From Eubacteriales bacterium (GTDB taxonomy: Bacteria > Bacillota > Clostridia > Oscillospirales > CAG-272): 61,140 nucleotides of DNA. Below, in pieces: positions 47,138 through 56,462 of the stretch. The position numbers and the translations under genes were made by a program. Each line of letters begins with the position of its first letter. Position 1 is the stretch's first letter. The stretch spans positions 1-61,140 of the forward strand of contig JAZNHE010000019.1 in NCBI GenBank assembly GCA_045576795.1. The letters are read 5' to 3'. The notes beneath the pieces were generated by a model. That model made no database searches. It saw only the letters and a list, made by a program, of their open reading frames with translations, and had not been told where the DNA came from.

Positions 47138-48003
47138 TTCTTCTCCTCCTCTTCATCCTTCTTATCAAGGAACTCTATTCTCTTGACAAGTCCGAGATAT
47201 ATAATATTTCTCACAATGTTCTCTATCGTTATCTTGTTTTCAAACGGAATAAGATTAATTGCGCTTTCAAGCTTTTTACACTCAATAAGTAAAGCAGACT
47301 TTACAATTTGCTTATTCTCATAAGTCAATTTTGCCCCATTATATGCTATAACATACGGATTGTATTTCCCATCCTTTAAGTCCTTGTCATAGTCATCAAT
47401 GGCATCCACAAGATATACAAACTTGCCGAGTCTGTATCCGCACTCATAGGTGACGAGTCTGTCCGCGCCGTCAAATCCGTATGCGAATATCTCCCCGAGC
47501 AATTCTCCAAAAAGTCCTGCCGGCTCATCAATTCCCTGCCGTCTTTCCCTCTCAATCTCGGTTATTTTATCAAGCCTATCCTTGACAATCACGGCAAGGT
47601 CGGAGAGTCCGGCGCGACGCTTTGCCCCTGAAAATACAGGGCGTGTCAGATTGACAAGCATCCGCTTTGCAAGTTTCTCGTCGGTAAGGTCATCGTGCAT
47701 CTTATAATATGACAGAATGGCAAATGCACGTGCCGTATACTCAATCGCGGAGTTGTCGTTAAGCATACACCGTTTTTTAAGTGGATGCGCAATACATCTT
47801 CGCATTGATGACCCGAGCTCCTCGTCGGGAATATATGCCATTCGCACAAGTGCAAGAAAGACGCTGTCGTAAGTAATGGTTGCTATGGACAACCCTCCGG
47901 TATGCTCCTTCATAGAGCGGCAAATGCCACAGTATGTAGCCTTATAAAACTCGTGCTCTTTAACAAGCAGCTCTTCGCCTACAGGCTTTACGTAACCGAA
48001 CAT
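47134..48003 (-). CDS. DUF5685-like protein
   Basis: MFGYVKP....L...E...YKA.YCGIC N-terminus. 4-nt overlap with the J-domain gene. Confidence 0.7.
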   Translation of the reverse strand: MFGYVKPVGEELLVKEHEFYKATYCGICRSMKEHTGGLSIATITYDSVFLALVRMAYIPDEELGSSMRRCIAHPLKKRCMLNDNSAIEYTARAFAILSYYKMHDDLTDEKLAKRMLVNLTRPVFSGAKRRAGLSDLAVIVKDRLDKITEIERERRQGIDEPAGLFGELLGEIFAYGFDGADRLVTYECGYRLGKFVYLVDAIDDYDKDLKDGKYNPYVIAYNGAKLTYENKQIVKSALLIECKKLESAINLIPFENKITIENIVRNIIYLGLVKRIEFLDKKDEEEEKK

Positions 48004-48213
48004 TTCCCTCTCCTTTCAAAATGGCATAGTTATACATTTTAATTTATACATAGACAGTATAACATATTTTTCCCCGTTTGTGTTAACTTTTATAAAATTT
48101 TTCATAAATATTTTGTTTTACCAGTAAAAACATAAAAATGTCGCGCAATTAAAAGCCCCCGAGTGATGATATAAAACCGCAGTTTTTCAAGCTTAATACT
48201 CACTAAACATATC

Positions 48214-48270
48214 AAAAAATAACCGAGGTACTGAAAAAACAATACCTCGGTGTTTTTATTCGGTTGTGCC
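48214..48270 (-). terminator. Intrinsic terminator embedded in a repeated intergenic element (copy B, inverted relative to copy A)
   Basis: rc strand reads GGCACAACCGAATAAAAACACCGAGGTATTGTTTTTTCAGTACCTCGGTTATTTTTTG, about 90 percent identical to 43803-43891 apart from a ~30-nt indel. Confidence 0.7.
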
Positions 48271-48275
48271 CAAAT

Positions 48276-50465
48276 TTATTTATTCATACCTTTTCTTGTC
48301 AGTGCGATACGGTTCTTCTTAAGATCAACATCCTTGATAAGCACCTCGATAACGTCACCTACGGAGAAGAGCTCCGAGGGATGCTTGATATACTTATCCG
48401 ACATTTCCGAAATGTGAAGAAGTCCGTCGTGATGAACTCCGATATCTACAAAGCAACCGAAGTCGATAACGTTACGCACGGTACCGTTGAGCTTCATACC
48501 GGGCTTGAGATCTGTAATCTCGAGAACCTCTGTGGATAGGATAGGAGCAGGAGCATCCTCACGGATGTCACGTCCGGGCTTTTCAAGCTCGCCGATTATG
48601 TCAAGAAGAGTGGGCTCACCGCAGCCAAGCTCCTTAGCAAGCTTCGCGGTGCCGTACTGCTCTGCCTTGAACTTCAGCAGGGAGAGATTGGATGTTCCTA
48701 CATCCTGTGTTGAGAAGCCGAATCTCTTGAGCAGATCCTCTGCAATAGCGTAGGACTCGGGATGCACACCCGTATTATCAAGAACCTCTGTACCACCGGG
48801 TATACGAAGGAAGCCTGCGCACTGCAGGAACGCCTTGTCACCGATCTTGGGAACCTTGAGCAGCTGCTTTCTATTCTTGAACTCGCCGTTCTCTTCTCTA
48901 TACTTAACAATATTCTTTGCCGCGGTAGCGTTGATACCGGAAACGTAGGAAAGAAGAGAATGAGATGCGGTGTTGATGTCTACACCTACTCCGTTTACAC
49001 AGTCCTCAACTACGCCGCCGAGCATCTCGGTAAGTCTGTTCTGCTTCATATCGTGCTGATACTGACCTACACCGATAGCCTTGGGCTCGATCTTAACAAG
49101 CTCTGCAAGGGGATCCTGAAGTCTGCGCGCTATAGAAACAGCAGATCTCTGCATTACGTCAAACTCGGGGAATTCCTCTGCCGCAAGCTTGGATGCGGAA
49201 TATACAGATGCACCCGCCTCGGATACGATAGTATACTTTACGCCCTTGGGACATACGGGATCGCGGAGAACTCTCTCTGCAATAAATCTCTCGGACTCTC
49301 TGGAAGCAGTACCGTTACCGATTGAGATAATATCGACGTTGTGTCTTTTTACAAGGCGGAGAACTACAGTCTTTGATCTCTCGAGATCATCCTCGTTATC
49401 TCTGCCCTTGGAGCGGAAGGGATATATAACAGCGGTATCAAGAACCTTTCCGGTCTTGTCTACTACTGCAAGCTTACATCCGTGACCGTAGCCGGGATCA
49501 TATCCGAGAACTACCTTACCCTTGATAGGAGAAACAAGAAGAAGGTTACGAAGGTTCTCGGAGAACACCTTGAGCGCACCCTCGCAGGCGTCGTCAAAGA
49601 GTGCTGTACGAACCTCACGCTCTATTGCGGGGAACAGGAGTCTGTCATAGGCATCCTGAAGAGTTGCCATAAGATAAGGAAGCGCGGGGGACTGCTTATT
49701 GGTGACAACTCTTGATACAAGCTGTGCCATTCCCTCGTCCTCGGCAAGTGTAACCGCTACCTTGAGGAATTCCTCTTTCTCACCGCGGTTAATAGCAAGA
49801 ACTCTGTGGCCCTTGAGCTTCTTGATAGGCTCGGAGAACGCATAATAGTTATCATAAACGGACGACTCCTCGGTAGTACCCTTTGTTGTGATAGAACCGT
49901 GATCCATTGTGAAGGATCTGAGCATCTTACGAATCTCCGCATCGTTGGAAACGTCCTCTGCAATAATGTCGGATGCTCCCTGTAATGCCGCCTGAGCGTC
50001 GGGCACCTCTTTGCCCTCCTCTGTGGAAATAAACTCCTCGGCATATACGTCAATCGCGGGATCATAGCTGTCCCTCTGCTCCATAATGTACTGTGCGAGA
50101 GGCTCAAGTCCCTTGGCTCTTGCAACAGAGCCACGTGTAGATCTCTTGGGCTTGAAGGGTCTGTATATATCCTCGAGTTCTACAAGAGTCTTGGCATTGT
50201 TAAGTGCAAACGTGATCTCGGGAGTAAGCTTTTCCTGTGCCTCGATAAGCGCGGAGATAGTCGCTCTTCTCTCCTCAAGGTTGCGAAGGTATGAGAGTCT
50301 GTCGTTAAGCTCACGAAGAGTAGTATCGTCAAGACCGCCCGTAACCTCCTTACGGTATCTGGAAATAAAGGGGATTGTATTACCCTCGTCAATAAGCGCA
50401 ACGGTAGCCTCAACCTGTTCTTCCTTAACGCTGAACTCCTGCGCCAATGTCTTTAAAATGTCCAT
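48276..50465 (-). CDS. tex: Tex-like transcription accessory protein (S1 RNA-binding)
   Basis: 729 aa. N-terminal Tex HTH, YqgF/RuvC-like and HhH regions, C-terminal S1 (GMKLNGTVRNVIDFGCFVDIG). Confidence 0.9.
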   Translation of the reverse strand: MDILKTLAQEFSVKEEQVEATVALIDEGNTIPFISRYRKEVTGGLDDTTLRELNDRLSYLRNLEERRATISALIEAQEKLTPEITFALNNAKTLVELEDIYRPFKPKRSTRGSVARAKGLEPLAQYIMEQRDSYDPAIDVYAEEFISTEEGKEVPDAQAALQGASDIIAEDVSNDAEIRKMLRSFTMDHGSITTKGTTEESSVYDNYYAFSEPIKKLKGHRVLAINRGEKEEFLKVAVTLAEDEGMAQLVSRVVTNKQSPALPYLMATLQDAYDRLLFPAIEREVRTALFDDACEGALKVFSENLRNLLLVSPIKGKVVLGYDPGYGHGCKLAVVDKTGKVLDTAVIYPFRSKGRDNEDDLERSKTVVLRLVKRHNVDIISIGNGTASRESERFIAERVLRDPVCPKGVKYTIVSEAGASVYSASKLAAEEFPEFDVMQRSAVSIARRLQDPLAELVKIEPKAIGVGQYQHDMKQNRLTEMLGGVVEDCVNGVGVDINTASHSLLSYVSGINATAAKNIVKYREENGEFKNRKQLLKVPKIGDKAFLQCAGFLRIPGGTEVLDNTGVHPESYAIAEDLLKRFGFSTQDVGTSNLSLLKFKAEQYGTAKLAKELGCGEPTLLDIIGELEKPGRDIREDAPAPILSTEVLEITDLKPGMKLNGTVRNVIDFGCFVDIGVHHDGLLHISEMSDKYIKHPSELFSVGDVIEVLIKDVDLKKNRIALTRKGMNK

Positions 50466-50495
50466 TTATATTCTCCTTAATAAAATTAATCTGTA

Positions 50496-51203
50496 TTATT
50501 CCGCTGACTCAAGCAGTTGGATCTCGTTGTCTGCGAGAAGCCTGTATTCCGACCGTGCAAGTGCCGGGTCAAGAGTAATTCCGCCAAAACTTACTCGCTC
50601 AAGAGTGACTACTCTGTTTGATACGGATGCCACCATACGCTTTATCTGATGGTATTTCCCCTCGGTGAGTGTGATAAGTCCGCCCATTCTGTCCTCGTCG
50701 AGAACAATCTCGGCACTCTTGCACTCATAGCCGTCAGCAAGCGTAACTCCGTCCTTAAAATACTCCTCTACGCCCTCGCGCATAGGCTCTGCCGCGGTAA
50801 AGCGATAGATCTTCTTAACGTGGTGACGCGGAGATAAAACCCTGTGTGCCAATGGCCCGTTATTAGTCAGTATCATAAGGCCTGTCGTATCCTTATCGAG
50901 TCTGCCCACCGGAAAAAGATCGAGCCGTCTGAGCTCGTCCGAGAGCAGCTCCGTAACGACGGGAAATCTCGAATCCTCTGTCGCGCTTACGTACCCCTCG
51001 GGCTTATTAAGCATGACGTATGTATATTTGCGATATGCGATCTCTTTGGCGCGGAAGATGATACTTTGCCGCGTGGGATCAACGTGGCAAGACGAGTCCT
51101 TGATTGCAACACCGTCAACGATAAGCTGCCCTGCCTTACATGCCGCTCTTGCCTCGCTTCTAGTCGCAAGGCCCATATCCGATAAAAGCTTGTCTATACG
51201 CAT
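50496..51203 (-). CDS. rsuA: Pseudouridine synthase, RsuA/RluB family
   Basis: S4 domain (MRIDKLLSDMGLATRSEA) and catalytic GRLDKDTTGL. ATG at 51203 has SD GGAGG. Confidence 0.85.
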   Translation of the reverse strand: MRIDKLLSDMGLATRSEARAACKAGQLIVDGVAIKDSSCHVDPTRQSIIFRAKEIAYRKYTYVMLNKPEGYVSATEDSRFPVVTELLSDELRRLDLFPVGRLDKDTTGLMILTNNGPLAHRVLSPRHHVKKIYRFTAAEPMREGVEEYFKDGVTLADGYECKSAEIVLDEDRMGGLITLTEGKYHQIKRMVASVSNRVVTLERVSFGGITLDPALARSEYRLLADNEIQLLESAE

Positions 51204-51319
51204 ATTAACCTCCGACCGATTTATCGCCATCATATATTTTAGCACATATTTATTGATTTGTAAAGAGATATAGAAAAAGTTAACACATAAATATTTTAAA
51301 ATATGCTTCGATTATCAGC

Positions 51320-51358
51320 AAAAAAATAAAGAAGGCACACGGACGATCGTGTGCCTTC
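51320..51358 (-). terminator. Rho-independent terminator after the ABC pair
   Basis: 11-bp stem GAAGGCACACG / CGTGTGCCTTC. The rc strand is followed by TTTATTTTTTT. Confidence 0.7.
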
Positions 51359-51370
51359 AAAGCATATAAA

Positions 51371-53257
51371 TTATTTGGCTTCAAGCTGCTGCTTCTTAAA
51401 CTGAAGCATATAAAGACCGTAATATCTTCCCTTCTTCGCAAGGAGCTCAAAGTGATTGCCCGACTCAACTATCTCACCGTGAGAAAGCACGATAATCTTG
51501 TCCGCGTGCTGAATGGTGGAAAGCCTGTGAGCAACTATGAGCATAGTGCCTATGCTCTTGATCTTTTCAAGCGAATCCTGGATGAGCAGCTCGGTTTCCG
51601 TATCGATATTTGCGGTAGCCTCATCAAGAATTATTACGGACGGCTTATGAACTATGGTTCTCGCAAACGAGAGCAGCTGACGCTGTCCTGCAGAGAAGTT
51701 GTTTCCTCTCTCACGGACCTCCTCGTCAAGTCCTCCGCTGAGCTTGTTTATGAAGTGATCCGCATTTACGTACTTGCAGGTCTCATTGACCTCCTCATCC
51801 GTTATGGTATCCTCTCTGAGAATAATATTCGAGCGGATAGTACCGGAGAACAGGAATACATCCTGAAGCATCTGACCAAAGTGACGTCGGAGTGAGGAAA
51901 GCTTGATCTTTCTTACGTCTACGCCATCTATAAGTATCTCGCCCTTCTGTATATCGTAGTTTCTGCAGATAAGAGAAAGAATGGTTGTTTTTCCCGAGCC
52001 GGTAGAACCGACAAAGGCAACTGTCTGGCGAGCATCTATCTTGAAGGATACGTCCTTGAGTACCCACTCACCCTCGTTATAAGCGAACCAAACGTTCTTA
52101 AATTCTATATTTCCCTCTACACGGTCCAGCTCTATGGCATCCGGAGCATCAACTATCTCGGGCGCCATATCAAGAATGGTGAATATCTTCTCCGCAGATG
52201 CAAAGGCTGACTGAAGTCTGTTGAACTGCTCTGCAAGGTTCTGTATCGGGTTGTAGAATTTAGACGTGTACATATAGAATGAAACAAGCACGTCTGCGGT
52301 AATCCTCTGACCGAGGAAGGTCGTATCATTGATTACTCCCTTACCGGAAAAATAGAGGAGCGCGATAACCGATGAAACGTAAAGCATATATACCATAGGT
52401 CTGAATATACCGAACACGAGTATCTGCTGATGCTTTGACGTTCCAAGACGCTTGTTCTTCTCTGCAAACTCCTCTCTCTTGCGATTCTCTCTGTTAAAAA
52501 TCTGCGTGATCTTAATTCCCGAGAGATTCTCCGAGAGGAATGTATTTATGTCTGTTGTACCGTCCTTTACCTTACGGAAGGCACGGCGTGAGAATTTTCT
52601 GAAAATTATAGTAAACAGAGCGATGAACGGCACGAAGCAAAGCACCATAAGCGTGAGCTGATAGTTCAGGCACAGCATCGCCACAAGAACACCGACGATA
52701 ATAAAGCAATTCTTGATGAGGTTTACAAGCAGATTGGTAAACATCATAGATATAGCGTTGGTATCGTTGGCAACTCTCGTTACAAGCTTACCTACGGGCA
52801 TCTTATGCAGCTGAGCGTGTGAAAGGCTCTCAATATGCATAAAGGTGTCCTCGCGCAGCTTGGAAAGTATTCTCTGTCCTATTTTCTGAAGAAGTATTGA
52901 CTGAACGTAGGTTGAAACGAGTGAAACGATAAGAATACCCGCATACACTGCCACGTATGCAAGCAGCTCGCTCATTTCAAATCTGCGGCTCAAGACTCTC
53001 TCAATCTTACCTATAAGCAACGGAGAGATGATGTCGTAGGATATAGAGATAAGCATTATAAGTCCTACGAGAATGAAGCTCTTGACGTGCGGCTTTGCAT
53101 AGACTAAAAGGCGGCGTATAATTTCGCTGTCCTTTACGTTTCTGTCAAATCCGATAGCCTCCTTCTTATTCTTCATAGCAGCATACGCAATTATGAAGAT
53201 AAGCGAGAACACACCAATTATAGCACCAAGAATTAAAAGAGGATAATACTCATGCAT
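51371..53257 (-). CDS. ABC exporter, fused permease/ATPase
   Basis: Walker A GSTGSGKTT, signature FSAGQRQL, Walker B VIILDEATA. Start trimmed to ATG at 53257 (MHEYYPLL...), just after the partner's stop. Confidence 0.85.
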   Translation of the reverse strand: MHEYYPLLILGAIIGVFSLIFIIAYAAMKNKKEAIGFDRNVKDSEIIRRLLVYAKPHVKSFILVGLIMLISISYDIISPLLIGKIERVLSRRFEMSELLAYVAVYAGILIVSLVSTYVQSILLQKIGQRILSKLREDTFMHIESLSHAQLHKMPVGKLVTRVANDTNAISMMFTNLLVNLIKNCFIIVGVLVAMLCLNYQLTLMVLCFVPFIALFTIIFRKFSRRAFRKVKDGTTDINTFLSENLSGIKITQIFNRENRKREEFAEKNKRLGTSKHQQILVFGIFRPMVYMLYVSSVIALLYFSGKGVINDTTFLGQRITADVLVSFYMYTSKFYNPIQNLAEQFNRLQSAFASAEKIFTILDMAPEIVDAPDAIELDRVEGNIEFKNVWFAYNEGEWVLKDVSFKIDARQTVAFVGSTGSGKTTILSLICRNYDIQKGEILIDGVDVRKIKLSSLRRHFGQMLQDVFLFSGTIRSNIILREDTITDEEVNETCKYVNADHFINKLSGGLDEEVRERGNNFSAGQRQLLSFARTIVHKPSVIILDEATANIDTETELLIQDSLEKIKSIGTMLIVAHRLSTIQHADKIIVLSHGEIVESGNHFELLAKKGRYYGLYMLQFKKQQLEAK

Positions 53258-53258
53258 T

Positions 53259-55037
53259 TTACACGCCCTCCTTCTCTTCTTCAAGCTTTTGGAGCTCAAC
53301 CATTGTTCTGTACTCCCGGCAGCGACCGACGAGCTCGTCGTGAGAGCCGACGTCCACAATCCTGCCGTCATCGATAAATACTATCTTGTCCATCTTCTCA
53401 ACGGTTGATATACGGTGAGCAATAAGAATGGTTGTCTTGCCGTATCTGTTCTTACGGAGATTGGAGATTATTATTCTCTCGGTTTCGGTGTCAACGGCAG
53501 ACACAGAATCGTCAAGCACGAGTATAGACGCATCCTTCATAAGAGCTCTCGCGATTGATATTCTCTGCTTTTGTCCGCCGGAAACGGTAACACCGCGCTC
53601 ACCGAGAACGGTATTGTATCCTTCCGTGAAATCTACTATGTTATCGTGCACGCCTGAAAGCTCGGCGGCGGTTATTACGTCATCACGGTTACCGCCATCG
53701 GTCGCAAAGGCAATGTTGTTCTCAATGGTGTCGCTGAAGAGGAAATTGTCCTGCGGCACGTATGCCGAAAACTTGCGCACGGTATGTATCGGAATAGAAT
53801 TTACGTCATATCCGTCGACAAAGAGCGTTCCGTCGGGAACGTTGTAGGTCCTGAGTATAAGATCGACAATAGTGGTCTTGCCCGATCCCGTCTTTCCTAT
53901 AATTCCAACGTTCTCACCGGCGTTGATTTTGAACGACACGTCCACAAGAGCATCATAATCCGCCTCGGGATATCTGAATGTGAGATTTTTGAATTCTATA
54001 TCTCCGCGGATGTTATCGACCTCGGTGACGTCATTTCTGTCAATCACGTCGGGCGTGGCATCAAGAAGCTCGCTTACTCTCTTAAGAGAAGCCTTGCCCC
54101 TGGAGGACATATCTATAAGCTGAGATACAGCCATTATCGGCCATACGATTGAGCTGAAATAGCTTATAAACTCTATCAGCTGAGCCGCAGAAAAGCGGCC
54201 TATGTTTACAAGATATCCACCGTATCCAAGAATAATGCATATTACGGACTCAACGAAAAGTGTTACGAATATATGCAGAAGAACAGAGCTTCTCGTAAAG
54301 GCGATATTGGCCTCCTCATTCTGCTTGTTGAGCTTGCGGAATGCCCACAGCTCCTTAAACTCCTTGACAAACGCCTTGATTACTGCAATGCCGGAGAAAT
54401 TCTCCTGTGCAAAGTCGGAAAGTGCGGAAAACGCCTCTTGCCGTGCCTCCCACTTCTTCATCATATACTTTCCTACTATGGTGCTCACCGCAAGCAGAAG
54501 AATCATAGGTATGAGAGTAAAGAGAGTGAGTAGCCAGTTCATTCTCGCCATCTTTACAAGAGCAAGAACACCGAGAAGAACCGCATCGGCAAACATAAGT
54601 ATACCGTCGCCAAAACACTCCTGTATGGTCTCAAGGTCATTGGTGAAGAGCGACATCATATTTCCGACCTTGTTCTTGTGGTAGTACTGCTGTGAAAGAT
54701 TCTTCGCTCGGTCAAACATCCTGTAACGAAGATCGGTCTCTACCTTGATTCCGGCACCGAAAAGGCAAACTCGCCATAAAAATCTTCCAAACACAAGTGC
54801 CAACACTATCCAGAGCATAGGGGCGCATATCTCATCAAGGAGGAAGTCAAGATCAAAAGGCTTAAAGACGCCTGCCGATACCTCCACCTGTCCCCGCTCT
54901 ATTCCCTCTAATACCATACGATACAGCTCGGGAATTTCAAGCTGGAAGAAATCTACCAGCAACAACGCCAATACGCCGAATATAATCAAGTGTGCATATT
55001 TGAAATAATAGCGATTGACGTGCTTACCAAATATCAT
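53259..55037 (-). CDS. ABC exporter, fused permease/ATPase
   Basis: Walker A GKTGSGKTT, signature VSGGQKQR, Walker B ILVLDDSVS. Start trimmed to ATG at 55037 (SD AAAGGAG). The 122-aa upstream extension in the ORF track is AT-rich promoter sequence. Confidence 0.85.
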   Translation of the reverse strand: MIFGKHVNRYYFKYAHLIIFGVLALLLVDFFQLEIPELYRMVLEGIERGQVEVSAGVFKPFDLDFLLDEICAPMLWIVLALVFGRFLWRVCLFGAGIKVETDLRYRMFDRAKNLSQQYYHKNKVGNMMSLFTNDLETIQECFGDGILMFADAVLLGVLALVKMARMNWLLTLFTLIPMILLLAVSTIVGKYMMKKWEARQEAFSALSDFAQENFSGIAVIKAFVKEFKELWAFRKLNKQNEEANIAFTRSSVLLHIFVTLFVESVICIILGYGGYLVNIGRFSAAQLIEFISYFSSIVWPIMAVSQLIDMSSRGKASLKRVSELLDATPDVIDRNDVTEVDNIRGDIEFKNLTFRYPEADYDALVDVSFKINAGENVGIIGKTGSGKTTIVDLILRTYNVPDGTLFVDGYDVNSIPIHTVRKFSAYVPQDNFLFSDTIENNIAFATDGGNRDDVITAAELSGVHDNIVDFTEGYNTVLGERGVTVSGGQKQRISIARALMKDASILVLDDSVSAVDTETERIIISNLRKNRYGKTTILIAHRISTVEKMDKIVFIDDGRIVDVGSHDELVGRCREYRTMVELQKLEEEKEGV

Positions 55038-55224
55038 ATCGTTCTCCTTTCCGCTCGTGCGAGCGCGCAAACAATTACTACATATAATATCACAACATAT
55101 TACATTTTTCAAGTATAATATTGGAAAATATTTTAGAATATTTGGAAAAGTTGTGAAATATCTATACTTTATAGTTGTAAGAGCGTAGACGAGGAATGAA
55201 TAAAGACACACATCGCATTTGATA

Positions 55225-55253
55225 TTGACATCAGATTTTACGTATGGTAGAAT
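55225..55253 (+). promoter_or_regulatory. sigma70-type promoter of the GH130-phosphomutase operon
   Basis: TTGACA (55225-55230), 17 nt, TAGAAT (55248-55253) with extended -10 TGg. Confidence 0.65.
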
Positions 55254-55283
55254 TATAAAAGAATCTCGAAAGGAGGTAAAAAC

Positions 55284-56462
55284 ATGAGAAATATCATACT
55301 TAACAGGAAATGCATACTCAAGCCCGTCAAAGACTGTACTTGGGCAAGCGAAATGGTTCTGAACCCCGCAATAATAGATGACCGAAAGACGGGCAGAATC
55401 CATATGCTTGTGCGCACATCGGGCCCATATCCCGAAAAAAAGCAGGACGGTATGCCTATGCCGTTTCCTATCTTTATGGCTTATGCATACTCTGATGACG
55501 GTGGAGAAACCTTTAACTTTGATTTTTCAAGGCCAGCCATAGCACCGACTCTCGAATATGACCCCGATAAAATATGGTGTATAGACGATAGAGGAGAAAA
55601 AGTGCCTGCATATTACAACGGCTGTCTTGAGGACCCGAGATTTTTCTATATCGGCGATGAGTGCTTCCTGACTCTTGCATGTCGTATGTTCCCTCCCGGA
55701 CCTTATTGGGAGCATGATGATCCTGTGCAATGTATGCCGGAGTGGGCTCTTGAGGATTCCTCGCCCTTTGTCACGCAGAAAAATCCCACGGTCAGCCTGA
55801 TCTACCGAGTAGACCTCGATGCTCTCGGGATGATGGACTATGATCGCGCCTTCAGATACGTTACCAATCTTACAGACCCGATATATGGCGAAGACCGTGA
55901 CGTAATACTTTTCCCGAAGAAGATGATGATAGACGGCGATCTGCAATACGTTATGATACACCGCCCCGTAACTCCCGATAAATACGATGAGTTCAGCATT
56001 AAGCGTCCCTCGATTGTAATATCTACCGCAAAGGACCTGTATTCATTCGCAAAATGCGCAACACGCCGTGAATTATTTTACACGCCCACCCTCGATTGGC
56101 AAGGAAATCGCGTAGGTGCGAGCACACAACTTGTAGATATGGGTGACGGTGAATGGCTAATGAGCTTCCACGGTAAGAAGGATGACTTAACAGGATACAC
56201 TCAGTCCTTCATGGTACTGAAGGAGCAGGAAAATGACCTCCCGATTATAACTCATCTCTGCCCCGAGAGAATGATCACTGCAGAGGCTGACTTTGAGAAA
56301 CCACGCAAATTCGGCATCCCCTGCGTATTCTTCACCGGAATGATAAAGCTTGACAACCGACTGCTGATAAGCTACGGTGCAGCCGACGAATTTGCCGCAG
56401 TTATGGAGCTTGATTACAACAATCTTGTAAACAAAGTAAAAGAGTACCCATATGGAAAATAA
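55284..56462 (+). CDS. GH130-family beta-mannoside phosphorylase/hydrolase
   Basis: 392 aa. VLNPA..., EDPRFFY and a five-bladed-propeller-like pattern typical of GH130. SD AAAGGAGG. Confidence 0.75.
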   Translation: MRNIILNRKCILKPVKDCTWASEMVLNPAIIDDRKTGRIHMLVRTSGPYPEKKQDGMPMPFPIFMAYAYSDDGGETFNFDFSRPAIAPTLEYDPDKIWCIDDRGEKVPAYYNGCLEDPRFFYIGDECFLTLACRMFPPGPYWEHDDPVQCMPEWALEDSSPFVTQKNPTVSLIYRVDLDALGMMDYDRAFRYVTNLTDPIYGEDRDVILFPKKMMIDGDLQYVMIHRPVTPDKYDEFSIKRPSIVISTAKDLYSFAKCATRRELFYTPTLDWQGNRVGASTQLVDMGDGEWLMSFHGKKDDLTGYTQSFMVLKEQENDLPIITHLCPERMITAEADFEKPRKFGIPCVFFTGMIKLDNRLLISYGAADEFAAVMELDYNNLVNKVKEYPYGK

